Assembly: GCA_964601215.1 (NCBI GenBank) | Contig: CAZRMN010000001.1 | Location: 334-64,333, forward strand | Length of the DNA: 64,000 nt | Direction: 5' to 3' | DNA from: an uncultured archaeon | GTDB lineage: Archaea > Aenigmatarchaeota > Aenigmatarchaeia > CG10238-14 > SCSR01 | Shown: positions 38,145 to 47,627 of the stretch, one piece after another | Position numbering within the stretch: position 1 is the stretch's first letter | Layout of the letters: each line of letters begins with the position of its first letter | Notes under the pieces: model-generated | What the model was told of the DNA's origin: nothing | Databases searched by the model: none | What the model saw: only the letters and a program-made list of their open reading frames with translations | Translations under genes and position numbers: made by a program

Positions 38145-39629
38145 ATGAACATAGAGAAAATAATTAGGATTGCCAAAAGGCGTGGATTTATTTTTCCTTC
38201 TAGTGAAATTTATGGCGGACTATCAGGATTTTATGATTATGGCCCTTTAGGATTTTTACTCAAGAAAAAAGTAGAAAATTTTTGGAGAGAATTTTTTGTT
38301 AAACAAGATAATATTTACGAAGTTGAAACTTGTATGTTAATGCCAGAAAAGGTTTGGCAAGCTTCTGGCCATTTAAAAAGTTTTGTTGATCCTTTAACTC
38401 AATGCAAAAAATGCAATTCAACTTTTAGAGCAGATGATTTAATAAAAGAAAAAACTGGAAAGAATGTTGAAGGATTGGAAGCAAAAGAATTAACTGAAAT
38501 TATAAAACAGGAAAAGATTAAATGTCCTAAGTGTAAGGGCGAACTAACTGAAGTAAGAGTTTTTAACTTAATGTTTTCAACTCAAGTAGGACCTGTAGAA
38601 GGTAATCTTGCTTACTTAAGGCCAGAAACTGCTCAGGGAATTTTTGTAAATTTTAAGAATATTTTAAATGCTACAAGAGCTAAGCTTCCATTTGGTGTTG
38701 CTCAAGCTGGTTCTTCATTTAGGAATGAAATCTCTCCTAGACATTTTCTTATAAGATTAAGAGAATTCAAACAAATGGAAATAGAATTTTTTGTTCATCC
38801 TGAAAAGTTGAATGAATGTGAAAATTTTGAAAAATTTGCTGATACAAAAATAAGGATTTTAACTAGAGAAGCTCAGCAAAAAGGTGAAGAAGCGATAGAA
38901 CTTACTGTTGAAGAGGCTTTAGAAAAAAACATTTTACCAAACCAATTCTTTGCATATTTCCTAGCAAAAGAATTTTTATGGTACCAGAAGCTTGGAATTC
39001 CTGCTCAAGCTTTAAGGTTTAGACATATGCTTCCGGAAGAAACTCCTCATTACTCTTCAGCAAACTTTGATTTAGAAATAAAGTTTGAGTTTGGATGGAA
39101 AGAGGTTGTTGGTAATGCTTATCGTACTGATTATGATTTGAAAAAGCATGCAAATTATTCGGGGGAAGATCTAAGCATAGTAGAAAATGGTAAAAAAATA
39201 ATTCCTCATGTTATTGAACCTTCTTTTGGTATGGATAGAACAATTTATGCGATTTTATTGTACTGTTTTAGAGAAGATAAAAAAAGGGGATGGGATTGGT
39301 TTGACTTTCCACCAAAAATTGCCCCTATTAGTGCAACAGTTTACCCTTTAGTTTCAAAAGATAATCTTCCTCAAAAAGCTTGGGAAATTTACGAGATGCT
39401 TAGAAAAAATTTTGATGTGATATATGATGAAGCTGGAAGTATAGGAAAAAGATATGCTAGAGCTGATGAAGCAGGAATTCCTTTTGCTATTACCATAGAT
39501 TATCAAACTCTTAAGGATAATACTGTAACTATTAGAGATAGGAATACTACTGAGCAAAGAAGAGTTAAAATAGAAGATTTAGCAAGAGTTTTAACTCAAC
39601 TAATAAACAGAGAAATAAAACTATTTTAA
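38145..39629 (+). CDS. glyS: Glycine--tRNA ligase (archaeal/eukaryotic type)
   Basis: YDYGPLG, YLRPETAQG, FRNEISPR, REF-x-QME, IEPSFG. Confidence 0.96.
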   Translation: MNIEKIIRIAKRRGFIFPSSEIYGGLSGFYDYGPLGFLLKKKVENFWREFFVKQDNIYEVETCMLMPEKVWQASGHLKSFVDPLTQCKKCNSTFRADDLIKEKTGKNVEGLEAKELTEIIKQEKIKCPKCKGELTEVRVFNLMFSTQVGPVEGNLAYLRPETAQGIFVNFKNILNATRAKLPFGVAQAGSSFRNEISPRHFLIRLREFKQMEIEFFVHPEKLNECENFEKFADTKIRILTREAQQKGEEAIELTVEEALEKNILPNQFFAYFLAKEFLWYQKLGIPAQALRFRHMLPEETPHYSSANFDLEIKFEFGWKEVVGNAYRTDYDLKKHANYSGEDLSIVENGKKIIPHVIEPSFGMDRTIYAILLYCFREDKKRGWDWFDFPPKIAPISATVYPLVSKDNLPQKAWEIYEMLRKNFDVIYDEAGSIGKRYARADEAGIPFAITIDYQTLKDNTVTIRDRNTTEQRRVKIEDLARVLTQLINREIKLF

Positions 39630-39982
39630 GCTGCCCTTCCTCTAAAAACTCGAGCAAAATCAGGAGTAATTATTAAATAGTCTTCATCTACTCCTACCAT
39701 ATCCCCGTTCATTGCTAAGCAGGTTTTCTTTAGCCTGTCAACACATCTTTTTAGTTCATTTATATCCCTTTCTCTAAGCTCCCGAATTTTAACAAAAACT
39801 ACGTTGCCCTCTCTTACAAGCTGTTGAATCTTTTCTGTATCTGGAAACCCTTTCAAATGTTCAACTTTTATGTTAACCTTTCTTCTTTCAGTTAAAGCAG
39901 AAGTATCAATTTCCAAGAATTCTTCTTCAGCTTCTTCCTTTTTAGATTTTACTTTCTCGATCAAATCGGTAAGAAGCCCCAT
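39626..39982 (-). CDS. sepF: Cell division protein SepF
   Basis: GN-x-V-x-V-x-I, GD-x-x-G, IITP pattern; archaeal SepF size. Confidence 0.8.
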   Translation of the reverse strand: MGLLTDLIEKVKSKKEEAEEEFLEIDTSALTERRKVNIKVEHLKGFPDTEKIQQLVREGNVVFVKIRELRERDINELKRCVDRLKKTCLAMNGDMVGVDEDYLIITPDFARVFRGRAA

Positions 39983-40026
39983 TTTCCATCTCCTAATATA
40001 AAAAATATCTTTTAAATTATAAATAC

Positions 40027-40287
40027 TTAGCTCAATTCTCTTCTCTTAGCCTCTAGTATACTAACTATATTCCAAATTTGTGTTCTTGTGTACATTGGCA
40101 TATTCGGGTCATTTATTATTTCGTCCAAAATGTGAATAGCAGTGCTAATTTTAACTTCTGGTGCATCATTCCCGAGCAAAGCATTCTTGGCTTCTTCAGT
40201 AGCCCTTCTTATATTCCTGGGTACAGTCCTATCGTTTATTATTCTTTCCAATAGTTGGACAACATCCTTGAACTCCATACGAATCAC
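40027..40287 (-). CDS. UPF0147 family protein
   Basis: D-x-TVPRNIR, DPNMP-x-x-x-RT-x-IW. Confidence 0.9.
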   Translation of the reverse strand: MIRMEFKDVVQLLERIINDRTVPRNIRRATEEAKNALLGNDAPEVKISTAIHILDEIINDPNMPMYTRTQIWNIVSILEAKRRELS

Positions 40288-40619
40288 TTTAACACAGTTT
40301 TTAATTTTTCTTGTAATTCTTTTAATTTATTGCTTAACCTCTCTTCAGTCTTTTCCAAACTTTTAATTCTTATATTAATATTTTCCTTCGTCTCATTTAA
40401 TTCTTTTTTTAGTTCTTCAACAGGTTTTAAAATCATTACTTGACCAACAATTTTATACGCTTTTTTTTCTTTATTTTCCTTTAGCTCGTTTAAAGCTCTT
40501 TCTATTTCCATAGCCTGTAGTTTTAAACTTTCTTTTTGAATTAGTACACTTTGCAACTGCTGCTGATAATTTTGGAACTGAATTACCAAATTTTTTGTTT
40601 CTTCAGATATTTCTGGCAT
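40284..40619 (-). CDS. pfdB: Prefoldin beta subunit
   Basis: Coiled-coil halves around the YKIVG hairpin. Confidence 0.9.
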   Translation of the reverse strand: MPEISEETKNLVIQFQNYQQQLQSVLIQKESLKLQAMEIERALNELKENKEKKAYKIVGQVMILKPVEELKKELNETKENINIRIKSLEKTEERLSNKLKELQEKLKTVLK

Positions 40620-40679
40620 AAAATCACTATTCTAAAAAATAGTAAACTAAAGAATTAAAGTTTTACTTTATTATTTTAT

Positions 40680-40808
40680 TCATCTTGCCCTTACTTTTTT
40701 AATAGTTTCCGGTCTCAGCTTCAAAAAAATCCTGTAACCACAATAAGGGCATCTTATTTTTTCATCAATTTTTTGCACAATTCTTTTGCATTTCACACAT
40801 CTATACAT
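40680..40808 (-). CDS. rpoP: RNA polymerase subunit P (Rpo12), 42 aa, absent from the ORF track
   Basis: Hand translation MYRCVKC...[16 protein letters not shown]; follows rpl37ae. Confidence 0.92.
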   Translation of the reverse strand: MYRCVKCKRIVQKIDEKIRCPYCGYRIFLKLRPETIKKVRAR

Positions 40809-40810
40809 AC

Positions 40811-41047
40811 TCACTCCTCTTTTTTAATTTCGCTTTTAGGGTAATAAGCTCCTCCAGCAAATTTTGTTCCACATTTCTTACATTGCCATATACCAGCAGA
40901 AATTCTTTTTACATATTTCATTTTACATTTTGGGCAAACGTGTCTTTGCTTTTGTATTTTTTCTATTTCGCTAACAATTTGCCTAACCTTTTTCCCGTAC
41001 CTTGCACCAAACCTTCCTGCACTTCCTATTTTTTTCTTCCTTCCCAT
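40811..41047 (-). CDS. rpl37ae: Ribosomal protein L37ae (eL43)
   Basis: [24 protein letters not shown]. Confidence 0.95.
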   Translation of the reverse strand: MGRKKKIGSAGRFGARYGKKVRQIVSEIEKIQKQRHVCPKCKMKYVKRISAGIWQCKKCGTKFAGGAYYPKSEIKKEE

Positions 41048-41305
41048 CTACTTCACTATCCTAAATTTCTTCTTTGAAGTTAGTGTTTCAAGTATAAATT
41101 TTAATTGCTCATCAGAAATTTCATTCTTTATTTTTCCTGCTTGATATAGTTGGACTAAATACAATTCAAGCTGGGAAGCAAGCTGAGGCTTTACTAACCT
41201 TATTCTTCCAAGTCTTTCTCTAGCTTTTTTTGAAAGGATTTTTTTGAGAATAGTTTTTTTAAGTATTGCAATTTTCTGTAGTTCTTCTAAAGTTTTTTCA
41301 TTCAT
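41048..41305 (-). CDS. PDCD5-like dsDNA-binding protein
   Basis: ARERL-x-RI-x-LVKP, I-x-DEQLK; follows S19e. Confidence 0.88.
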   Translation of the reverse strand: MNEKTLEELQKIAILKKTILKKILSKKARERLGRIRLVKPQLASQLELYLVQLYQAGKIKNEISDEQLKFILETLTSKKKFRIVK

Positions 41306-41717
41306 TCTTTTTCACCTCAAAAGCTATTCTATCCAAAAAGCTTTGCCCTTTATTTGTAATTTTTCTTCCTTTTTTTGTTTTTTCAACCAAACCAGCTTTT
41401 TCTAATTGTTGTAAAATTTTTCTTATTATATTTCCAGAAGCTTTTCTAAAGTGTGCAGGTTTATGACCACGCCTTTTTCTTCCTCCGTAGTAAGTCCTTA
41501 GTCTTTCTGTTCCAACTGGTCCGTCCAAATAAATCCTTCTTAAAATCGAAGCAGCTCTTATATACCAAAAGTCTTCTTGTTCAGGAGGTCTTTCTTTGTG
41601 CACCCCAGACTTTACAAACTTGCTCCACTCTGGAGGAGAAATTTCCTTAATTTTTTTCAATTCTTCTTTTAATTTCTCAATAAGTTTGTCAGCAGCAACT
41701 TCCCTTACTGTTACCAT
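41298..41717 (-). CDS. rps19e: Ribosomal protein S19e
   Basis: PPEW-x-x-FVKSG-x-[16 protein letters not shown]; start placed at MVTV (41717). Confidence 0.95.
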   Translation of the reverse strand: MVTVREVAADKLIEKLKEELKKIKEISPPEWSKFVKSGVHKERPPEQEDFWYIRAASILRRIYLDGPVGTERLRTYYGGRKRRGHKPAHFRKASGNIIRKILQQLEKAGLVEKTKKGRKITNKGQSFLDRIAFEVKKNE

Positions 41718-41965
41718 ACTAAACCCTTTGGTGATAAAAGTATATAAGTTGTTACGCAAATTATTATTATAAATCCTGAAATTATTAAAAGCGATACTAT
41801 TACTGGAAAAGTGAATCCAGTAATTCTTCTACAAACTGTTAGCTGAGTTCCAGTTTTTTTACATTCCCGAGTGATATTTTCAATATTTTGAACTACATAA
41901 ATGAGCATAAAAGTAGCTATAAAAACAGTCAATAAACCTATTATTAAATGTGTTTCGGGCTTCAT
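41711..41965 (-). CDS. Small two-TM membrane protein
   Basis: Two hydrophobic helices with a Cys pair between them. Confidence 0.55.
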   Translation of the reverse strand: MKPETHLIIGLLTVFIATFMLIYVVQNIENITRECKKTGTQLTVCRRITGFTFPVIVSLLIISGFIIIICVTTYILLSPKGLVW

Positions 41966-41969
41966 TTAC

Positions 41970-42284
41970 TCATCTTTTATAAGGATATCTATAAATTTTA
42001 TTACAGTTCAAACATTTTATACTAACTGTTTTTTTATTTTTATCTAGTCTTACTTTACAGCTTACTCCTGGCAAAAGTAATGAGTTACAATTTTTGCAGA
42101 ATTTTCTTTTTTGTTCTTTCGTAAGCCTTACATTATACCTTAATCCAATTTTTCTCGCTAACTGAATGTATCTTTTACTTCTTTCAGGGTGTTTTTTAAA
42201 TTCTTTCTCTGCTAACTCAAAAAGAATTTTTATTCTTTCTTTTGCAATCTTTCTTTGCCATTCTGGTTTTCTTCCTCTTCTCAT
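41970..42284 (-). CDS. rnp4: RNase P protein Rpp21/Rpr2
   Basis: IAKERI-x-x-L, RY-x-x-LA, C-x2-C..PG..C-x2-C..RYPY. Confidence 0.92.
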   Translation of the reverse strand: MRRGRKPEWQRKIAKERIKILFELAEKEFKKHPERSKRYIQLARKIGLRYNVRLTKEQKRKFCKNCNSLLLPGVSCKVRLDKNKKTVSIKCLNCNKIYRYPYKR

Positions 42285-42316
42285 TAATTATAGTTTAGAT
42301 TTAAAAGAAAAAGAAA

Positions 42317-42404
42317 TGGGGACGCTGGGATTTGAACCCAGGTCTGAGCCTCCCAAGGGCCCGATCCTAGACCAAACTAGACGACGTTTGCGGTATGTAT
42401 CCCC
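42317..42404 (-). tRNA. tRNA-Pro(UGG) with a 13-nt intron in the acceptor stem (42388-42400)
   Basis: After splicing: acceptor GGGGACG/CGTCCCC, D-stem GTCT/GGAT, anticodon loop CTTGGGA, T-arm CTGGG-TTCAAAT-CCCAG; 75 nt; U-tract downstream. Confidence 0.85.
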
Positions 42405-42586
42405 GCAGTCAAGCGTCCCCAATATATTCTCTTACTATTTTTACTAATAATTCAGTTATATCTTTATCTTCTATTAATGTTATGAATTTTTTTTGGTATT
42501 TTTACATTTCTTTTCAAGGTGCTATAAATTTTTTTAGGTATAATTAAATAGACTATGTCCCAAAAAATTTTTGCAGATTTTAAATA

Positions 42587-42671
42587 TGGGAGAGCTGGGA
42601 TTTGAACCCAGGCTACAGCCGTTCTGTACAAACCCCAGGGCCGCGTCCTAACCAAGCTAGACTACCCTCCC
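42587..42671 (-). tRNA. tRNA-Pro(GGG) with an 11-nt intron at 37/38 (42622-42632)
   Basis: Acceptor GGGAGGG/CTCTCCC; anticodon stem CGGCC/GGCTG; loop CTGGGG|TTTGTACAGAA|C; 74 nt mature. Confidence 0.9.
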
Positions 42672-42778
42672 TTGATTTTTAAAATTTTTTTATGTAAATA
42701 TAAATATGGCAAGGCTTATCTTAGATTTTATTCTAAAAAACTTTAGCTAATTTATTCTGAAAAACTAAATTATCTATT

Positions 42779-44068
42779 ATGGAGCAAAAAGTTTTCAAAC
42801 CTCATAAAACTATCGTAGGTAGGACAAGAGAAGACTTAGAAAAATTTGGAGATAGGTGCATTGGTTATATAGGAAAACATATTGTTGGCAAAGGTGAAGA
42901 TGCCCACCTTACCACAAAGGTTTTTCTTGACTTGCTAAGACCACATATAATACTAATCTCTGGAAAAAGAGGAACGGGCAAAAGCTATTCGGCAGGAATA
43001 ATAGCAGAAGAAATAGCTTTGCTTCCAGAAGAATTTAGAAATAATTTAAGTGTTGTGATGATCGATACAATGGGAATCTATTGGAGTTTGAAAAGACCAA
43101 ACGAACAGCAAAGGGATTTGCTTAAGGAATGGGATTTGGAACCAAAAGGTTTTGAAAATGTAAAAGTTTTTGTTCCTTTTTCTCAAATAGAAGAATTCAA
43201 AAAAGCGGGAATCCCAGTTGATGGAGGGATTTCTATCTTGCCTTATGAATTTTCTGGTGAGGAATGGTGTCTAGCTTTTAACCTTAAAAGAACAGAACCA
43301 ATTGCAATTTCTTTAGAGAAAAATGTTAACGAGCTTTTAGAAAGTAGGGAAAAATTTAGTATTGAAGACCTAATAACAAAAATAAGAGATGATAGAGAAA
43401 CTTCTCAAGATGTGAAAAATGCTTTAGAAAATATGCTTACTGTAGCAAAACAATGGGGGGTTTTTGGAGAAGAAGGAATTAATATCGATGAAATAATTCA
43501 GCCTGGACAAATAAGTGTAGTTGATGTTTCTCATTTAAGAGCTACTGAAGCATGGAGTGTAAGAAATTTTATAGTTGCAATTTTAGCAAGAAAAATTTAT
43601 CAAGCAAGAGTAATAGCAAGAAAAGAGGAAGAAATAGCAAAGCTTGAAGGAAAGGAAGCTAAAAAAACTTATCCGATGGTTTGGTTGATTATTGATGAAG
43701 CCCATAACTTTTGTGGAACTGAGCTAAGTGTTTCTTTAAACCCTTTGTTAACAATAGCAAAGCAAGGAAGAGAGCCTGGTATAAGTCTAGTTGTGATAAC
43801 TCAAATGCCAAATAAAATCCATCAAGATATACTAAGCCAGTGCGACTTAGTAATTTCTCATAGACTAACTTCAAAGGATGATTTACAAGCTTTGCATGCA
43901 GTAATGCAAACTTACATGGCAGAAGAGTTATGGAAGTATATAAACGCTTTGCCTAGAGGTTGGATAGGAAGTGCAATAATTTTAGACGATAATTTAGAAA
44001 GAGTATTTTTAATTCAACTAAGACCCAGATTATCCTGGCACGCAGGAGGAACTGCGATTATCTTATAA
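42779..44068 (+). CDS. HerA/FtsK-like ATPase (DUF87)
   Basis: SGKRGTGKS, IDTMG, IDEAHNF, GREPG, TQ-x-P. Confidence 0.85.
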   Translation: MEQKVFKPHKTIVGRTREDLEKFGDRCIGYIGKHIVGKGEDAHLTTKVFLDLLRPHIILISGKRGTGKSYSAGIIAEEIALLPEEFRNNLSVVMIDTMGIYWSLKRPNEQQRDLLKEWDLEPKGFENVKVFVPFSQIEEFKKAGIPVDGGISILPYEFSGEEWCLAFNLKRTEPIAISLEKNVNELLESREKFSIEDLITKIRDDRETSQDVKNALENMLTVAKQWGVFGEEGINIDEIIQPGQISVVDVSHLRATEAWSVRNFIVAILARKIYQARVIARKEEEIAKLEGKEAKKTYPMVWLIIDEAHNFCGTELSVSLNPLLTIAKQGREPGISLVVITQMPNKIHQDILSQCDLVISHRLTSKDDLQALHAVMQTYMAEELWKYINALPRGWIGSAIILDDNLERVFLIQLRPRLSWHAGGTAIIL

Positions 44069-45629
44069 TTTTTGTCACAGTTCCTATTCCTTTTGTTTTT
44101 CCTTCGCGAAAAATAAATTTATCCCCTTCTTGAATGAAATGAGAAGAATATTTGAAGGTAAATCTTACTAAACCTGAATCTCCAGCTTTTAAATATTTTT
44201 TATTTAAGCATTCTATCTTTGCGGCTTCAGCTATTGTGTTGCAATGAATAACAGGTTCATAGCCTGAGGCAATTCTAGTTGGATGGTTTAAAACCAAAAC
44301 TTCTGCTTCAAAACTTTTTACTGCTTTTGGTTTTATACTCGCATCGCAAAGTATCATTCCTCTTTTTATTTCCTCATGTTTTACTCTTCTTATTGCTATA
44401 CCAACTACTAAACCAGCATTAGCTTCTTCCAAAGGCAAATAATGCATTTGTATGCTTTTTGCTTTAACTTTTTTAAATTCCCCACCTATTGGTCCTAGTA
44501 ATAGTTCAGAACCAGCCTTAAGCTTTCCTTGCTTAATAGTACCAGAAACTACTGTGCCTACACCTGAAACATTATAAATCCTATCTATAAACATGAGAAA
44601 AGGTTTCTCTACTTCCTTTTCTTTTTGAGGCAAATAGTTAAGAAGTTTTTTCAGTAACTCATAACCTTCCAAAGTTACAGAAGAAGTTTTAAGAATTGGA
44701 ACGATTATCTCTAGCTTGTCAAGGATTACTTCAATATCGCTTTCAGCCTTTACTGGAAATGGAACTCTTCCCACATTTTTAAGCAAGTTTTCAATTTCAT
44801 TTTCAACTTCTTCAACTCTTTTTTTACTTACTTTATCAGTCTTGGTAATACAAATTATTATTGGTAAATTCATCGCTAATAGCAAGCCTAAATGCTCTTT
44901 AGTAGTAGGCATTACACCATCGTTAGCAGCAACTACCAACAAACCATAATCTATGCTTTGGCCAACAAATCCTCGAATAGCAGTGTATAACCAAGCGCTA
45001 TGACCAACTGTGTCAACAAAGCTTATTATCTTGTCAGCTTCTTCAGCAATCCTTGCTCTTTCCTTTTTATCCAACGGATTTTTGAAGTGTAGTAGCTTAT
45101 TATTTTTAAAGCCAAGTAGAGCATAATGTAAATCAGCAGATAAGCCACGTTCAATTTCATGAGGCAATACATCTAAATAAAGCCATGCTTTTCCATTCTT
45201 GTCCGGCTTACCAGTCATCAAACAAGCTATTAAAGTTGATTTTCCATGGTTTACATGCCCGGCGGTAGCAATTATTACATGTTGTTTTTTTGGTTTACCT
45301 AAAACTTTTGTTATTAGAACTCTTCCAAAAACTTTTCCATTTTCCTGAAACTTTTCAACCTTTTCTATTTTCGCATTATTTTCTCGAGCTATTACTTTCA
45401 ACACGTTTAAACTTTCTTCGAATTCAAATTCACTCAAACCCTTAACCTTACCTTTATCGTCCACTCCTAAAATATAAACTGCTTTTCCCTTTCCTATTTC
45501 AAGCCTATATCTCATTTGAGAGGCTAAATGTTGCTTTTTATTTTCTTTTAAGTGCAAAGAAGAGAGTAACCTCTCCTTAAATTCTATATTTTTGTTTTCT
45601 TTTCTTGGAATTGAGATTTTCTTTTTCAT
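44058..45629 (-). CDS. GTPBP1-like translational GTPase with N-terminal extension
   Basis: NIEFK N-terminal domain; GHVNHGKST, DTVGH, TKTD; EF-Tu-like domains II/III. Confidence 0.85.
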   Translation of the reverse strand: MKKKISIPRKENKNIEFKERLLSSLHLKENKKQHLASQMRYRLEIGKGKAVYILGVDDKGKVKGLSEFEFEESLNVLKVIARENNAKIEKVEKFQENGKVFGRVLITKVLGKPKKQHVIIATAGHVNHGKSTLIACLMTGKPDKNGKAWLYLDVLPHEIERGLSADLHYALLGFKNNKLLHFKNPLDKKERARIAEEADKIISFVDTVGHSAWLYTAIRGFVGQSIDYGLLVVAANDGVMPTTKEHLGLLLAMNLPIIICITKTDKVSKKRVEEVENEIENLLKNVGRVPFPVKAESDIEVILDKLEIIVPILKTSSVTLEGYELLKKLLNYLPQKEKEVEKPFLMFIDRIYNVSGVGTVVSGTIKQGKLKAGSELLLGPIGGEFKKVKAKSIQMHYLPLEEANAGLVVGIAIRRVKHEEIKRGMILCDASIKPKAVKSFEAEVLVLNHPTRIASGYEPVIHCNTIAEAAKIECLNKKYLKAGDSGLVRFTFKYSSHFIQEGDKFIFREGKTKGIGTVTKIIR

Positions 45630-45776
45630 ATTCTCTGAGAAAGGTTTAAGTTTAGAAAACTTAAATTTAACTATTTCTTTAAACTTTCAATCTTCATTGA
45701 AATTCATATAAATAATATTTGATTTTAACTAAAACGAAAATTTTTCTTTAAATCAAACTTTTAACAAAATTATATC

Positions 45777-47627
45777 ATGAAGAAATTTATAATTTCAATT
45801 TCTATTTTAATAGTTTTTATTTTAAACATTGAAACTGTTTTTGCAGAAAGTATCGTTTCAGTTAATGTAAGCGATGTATACAAAATAACTGGAGAAAAAG
45901 TTAATGGAATAGCAAGATACATAGTTGACATAGAAAGAACAGGAACTTCAGTTGTTCAGGGAACTGCAAAAAATCTCACGGTATTTAATAAAATTTTTCC
46001 ACGTGTATGGGGAGAGGATCGTGGGTTTTATTTCTGGAATCAAAGTGGATATGTAAGTTCAAGAGATCTTACAAGTTTGATGGATGTTAAACTAATAGAG
46101 AATGGTCCAATGAGAGTTTTCGTTCATTCTGAAAATAGTTCTTCTGCTTATGGTCCAGCTTCAGATTGTTGGGAAGGGGCTGGAATATGTTGGAATGTTT
46201 CAACTAATATCTATGCATATCCGAAATATTATATAGAATTAATAAAAGTATGGGGTAATTTTTCTTTCGCACAGATGTATGTAGGAAATCCCGTCTGGAA
46301 ATCACCATACACATTCGATAAAGAGGGTAACTCTCCAGTTTTTAATGCTGTAGCATGGTATTGGTTGAATGGTACCTATATGGATGGAAACAATACTCTT
46401 GCTGTAACAATTAAGAAAAATAACTTTAACAATAGCGTAGTATTTATTTTCAACGAAACCGGACATAACAAAACAATCGCTAGGTTTCCTTTACAAACTA
46501 GTATTCAAAACCCTCCTCAATCAAGTTGGGAAACGGTTTATCCTCCTTATTACTATACATACTTAGGTTTTAATGGAGGCAAAAATCCAAGCCCTTACAT
46601 TTTCGGTTTTGGGTTTTTCTTTTCAGATTCTGGTAATAAATCTCTTCAAGAAAACTATTCAGTTTGGCTTGGCTTTAAAGACCAATGGTTTGATTTGTAT
46701 TATCCAGCTTCTATTTCAATAATAAATGGAACCTATGAAGGAAGAGATAATATTACTTTAACTTATAATTTTTCTGTTGATTCTTCAGGCTTATTAAGGT
46801 TTAATTTTTCTACTAACGGAATTAAACATTCCTTACCAGTATTTCACATAAAAAACACTTTTTCTCTCTCCAACTATAAAGACCACATTTGGATGAAAAA
46901 TTATTCAGAACCAAATCCAACTTGGAAAAAATTAGTTAATTGGACAGATTTTGTAATCCAAGAAGGTAATTCTTCTCATTTTGGTTACAATTACACTTTA
47001 CTACTAATCAATAAAACTCTTGGAAGCGACTACGAATTCTGGATTTCTAATAGTAGTGATCCATCAAACATTTATAAAGTAGAGTGTGAAACTGGTGGCC
47101 CTTATGTCAAGGGTTCTACAATTAATATAATAGGGAACACAAGCTACCTAGATGGTTCACCAGTTTCTTTAGATGTTAACATCCAACTAATAAAAAACGG
47201 AAATCTAATTCTTTCAACTAACACAATTTCTGACTCAGATGGTAAATTCCTAAAAACTATTACTCAAACCTTAGACCCAGGCACTTATTTAGTTAATATT
47301 TCTGCTGGTTTAGCTGGAAGTTACGCTTATTGTTCGGACATCCTTATAATAAATTATTCTAAACCTGAAGAGAAATGTGAGAATAAAACAATTGAAGTTT
47401 CTGGCTTTTTAGTTTACTCTGACTCTGGACAACTAGTTCCTTCTGGAAAAGTAGTTCTTTCAATACTAGAAACTAATGAAAAAAATCAAACCTCTTTTAC
47501 CCAAGGGAAATTCTCCATAAGCTTAACCTCTTGTTTATTCTTGGGTAAAAAATACACTCTTGTAGTTTATACTACTGACGAATCAGGAAAAGAAAGCTGG
47601 TTTTACAGAACTATAATTTCAACTTAG
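45777..47627 (+). CDS. Secreted/surface glycoprotein, hypothetical
   Basis: Signal peptide, many N-x-S/T sequons, beta-rich. Confidence 0.65.
   Translation: MKKFIISISILIVFILNIETVFAESIVSVNVSDVYKITGEKVNGIARYIVDIERTGTSVVQGTAKNLTVFNKIFPRVWGEDRGFYFWNQSGYVSSRDLTSLMDVKLIENGPMRVFVHSENSSSAYGPASDCWEGAGICWNVSTNIYAYPKYYIELIKVWGNFSFAQMYVGNPVWKSPYTFDKEGNSPVFNAVAWYWLNGTYMDGNNTLAVTIKKNNFNNSVVFIFNETGHNKTIARFPLQTSIQNPPQSSWETVYPPYYYTYLGFNGGKNPSPYIFGFGFFFSDSGNKSLQENYSVWLGFKDQWFDLYYPASISIINGTYEGRDNITLTYNFSVDSSGLLRFNFSTNGIKHSLPVFHIKNTFSLSNYKDHIWMKNYSEPNPTWKKLVNWTDFVIQEGNSSHFGYNYTLLLINKTLGSDYEFWISNSSDPSNIYKVECETGGPYVKGSTINIIGNTSYLDGSPVSLDVNIQLIKNGNLILSTNTISDSDGKFLKTITQTLDPGTYLVNISAGLAGSYAYCSDILIINYSKPEEKCENKTIEVSGFLVYSDSGQLVPSGKVVLSILETNEKNQTSFTQGKFSISLTSCLFLGKKYTLVVYTTDESGKESWFYRTIIST

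Noticed and set aside
42385..42420. tRNA-Pro starting at 42420 with a 29-nt intron at positions 4/5 to 7/8
   Set aside because: No 4-bp central helix forms for any of those registers, whereas the 13-nt model gives a BHB and the same mature sequence.
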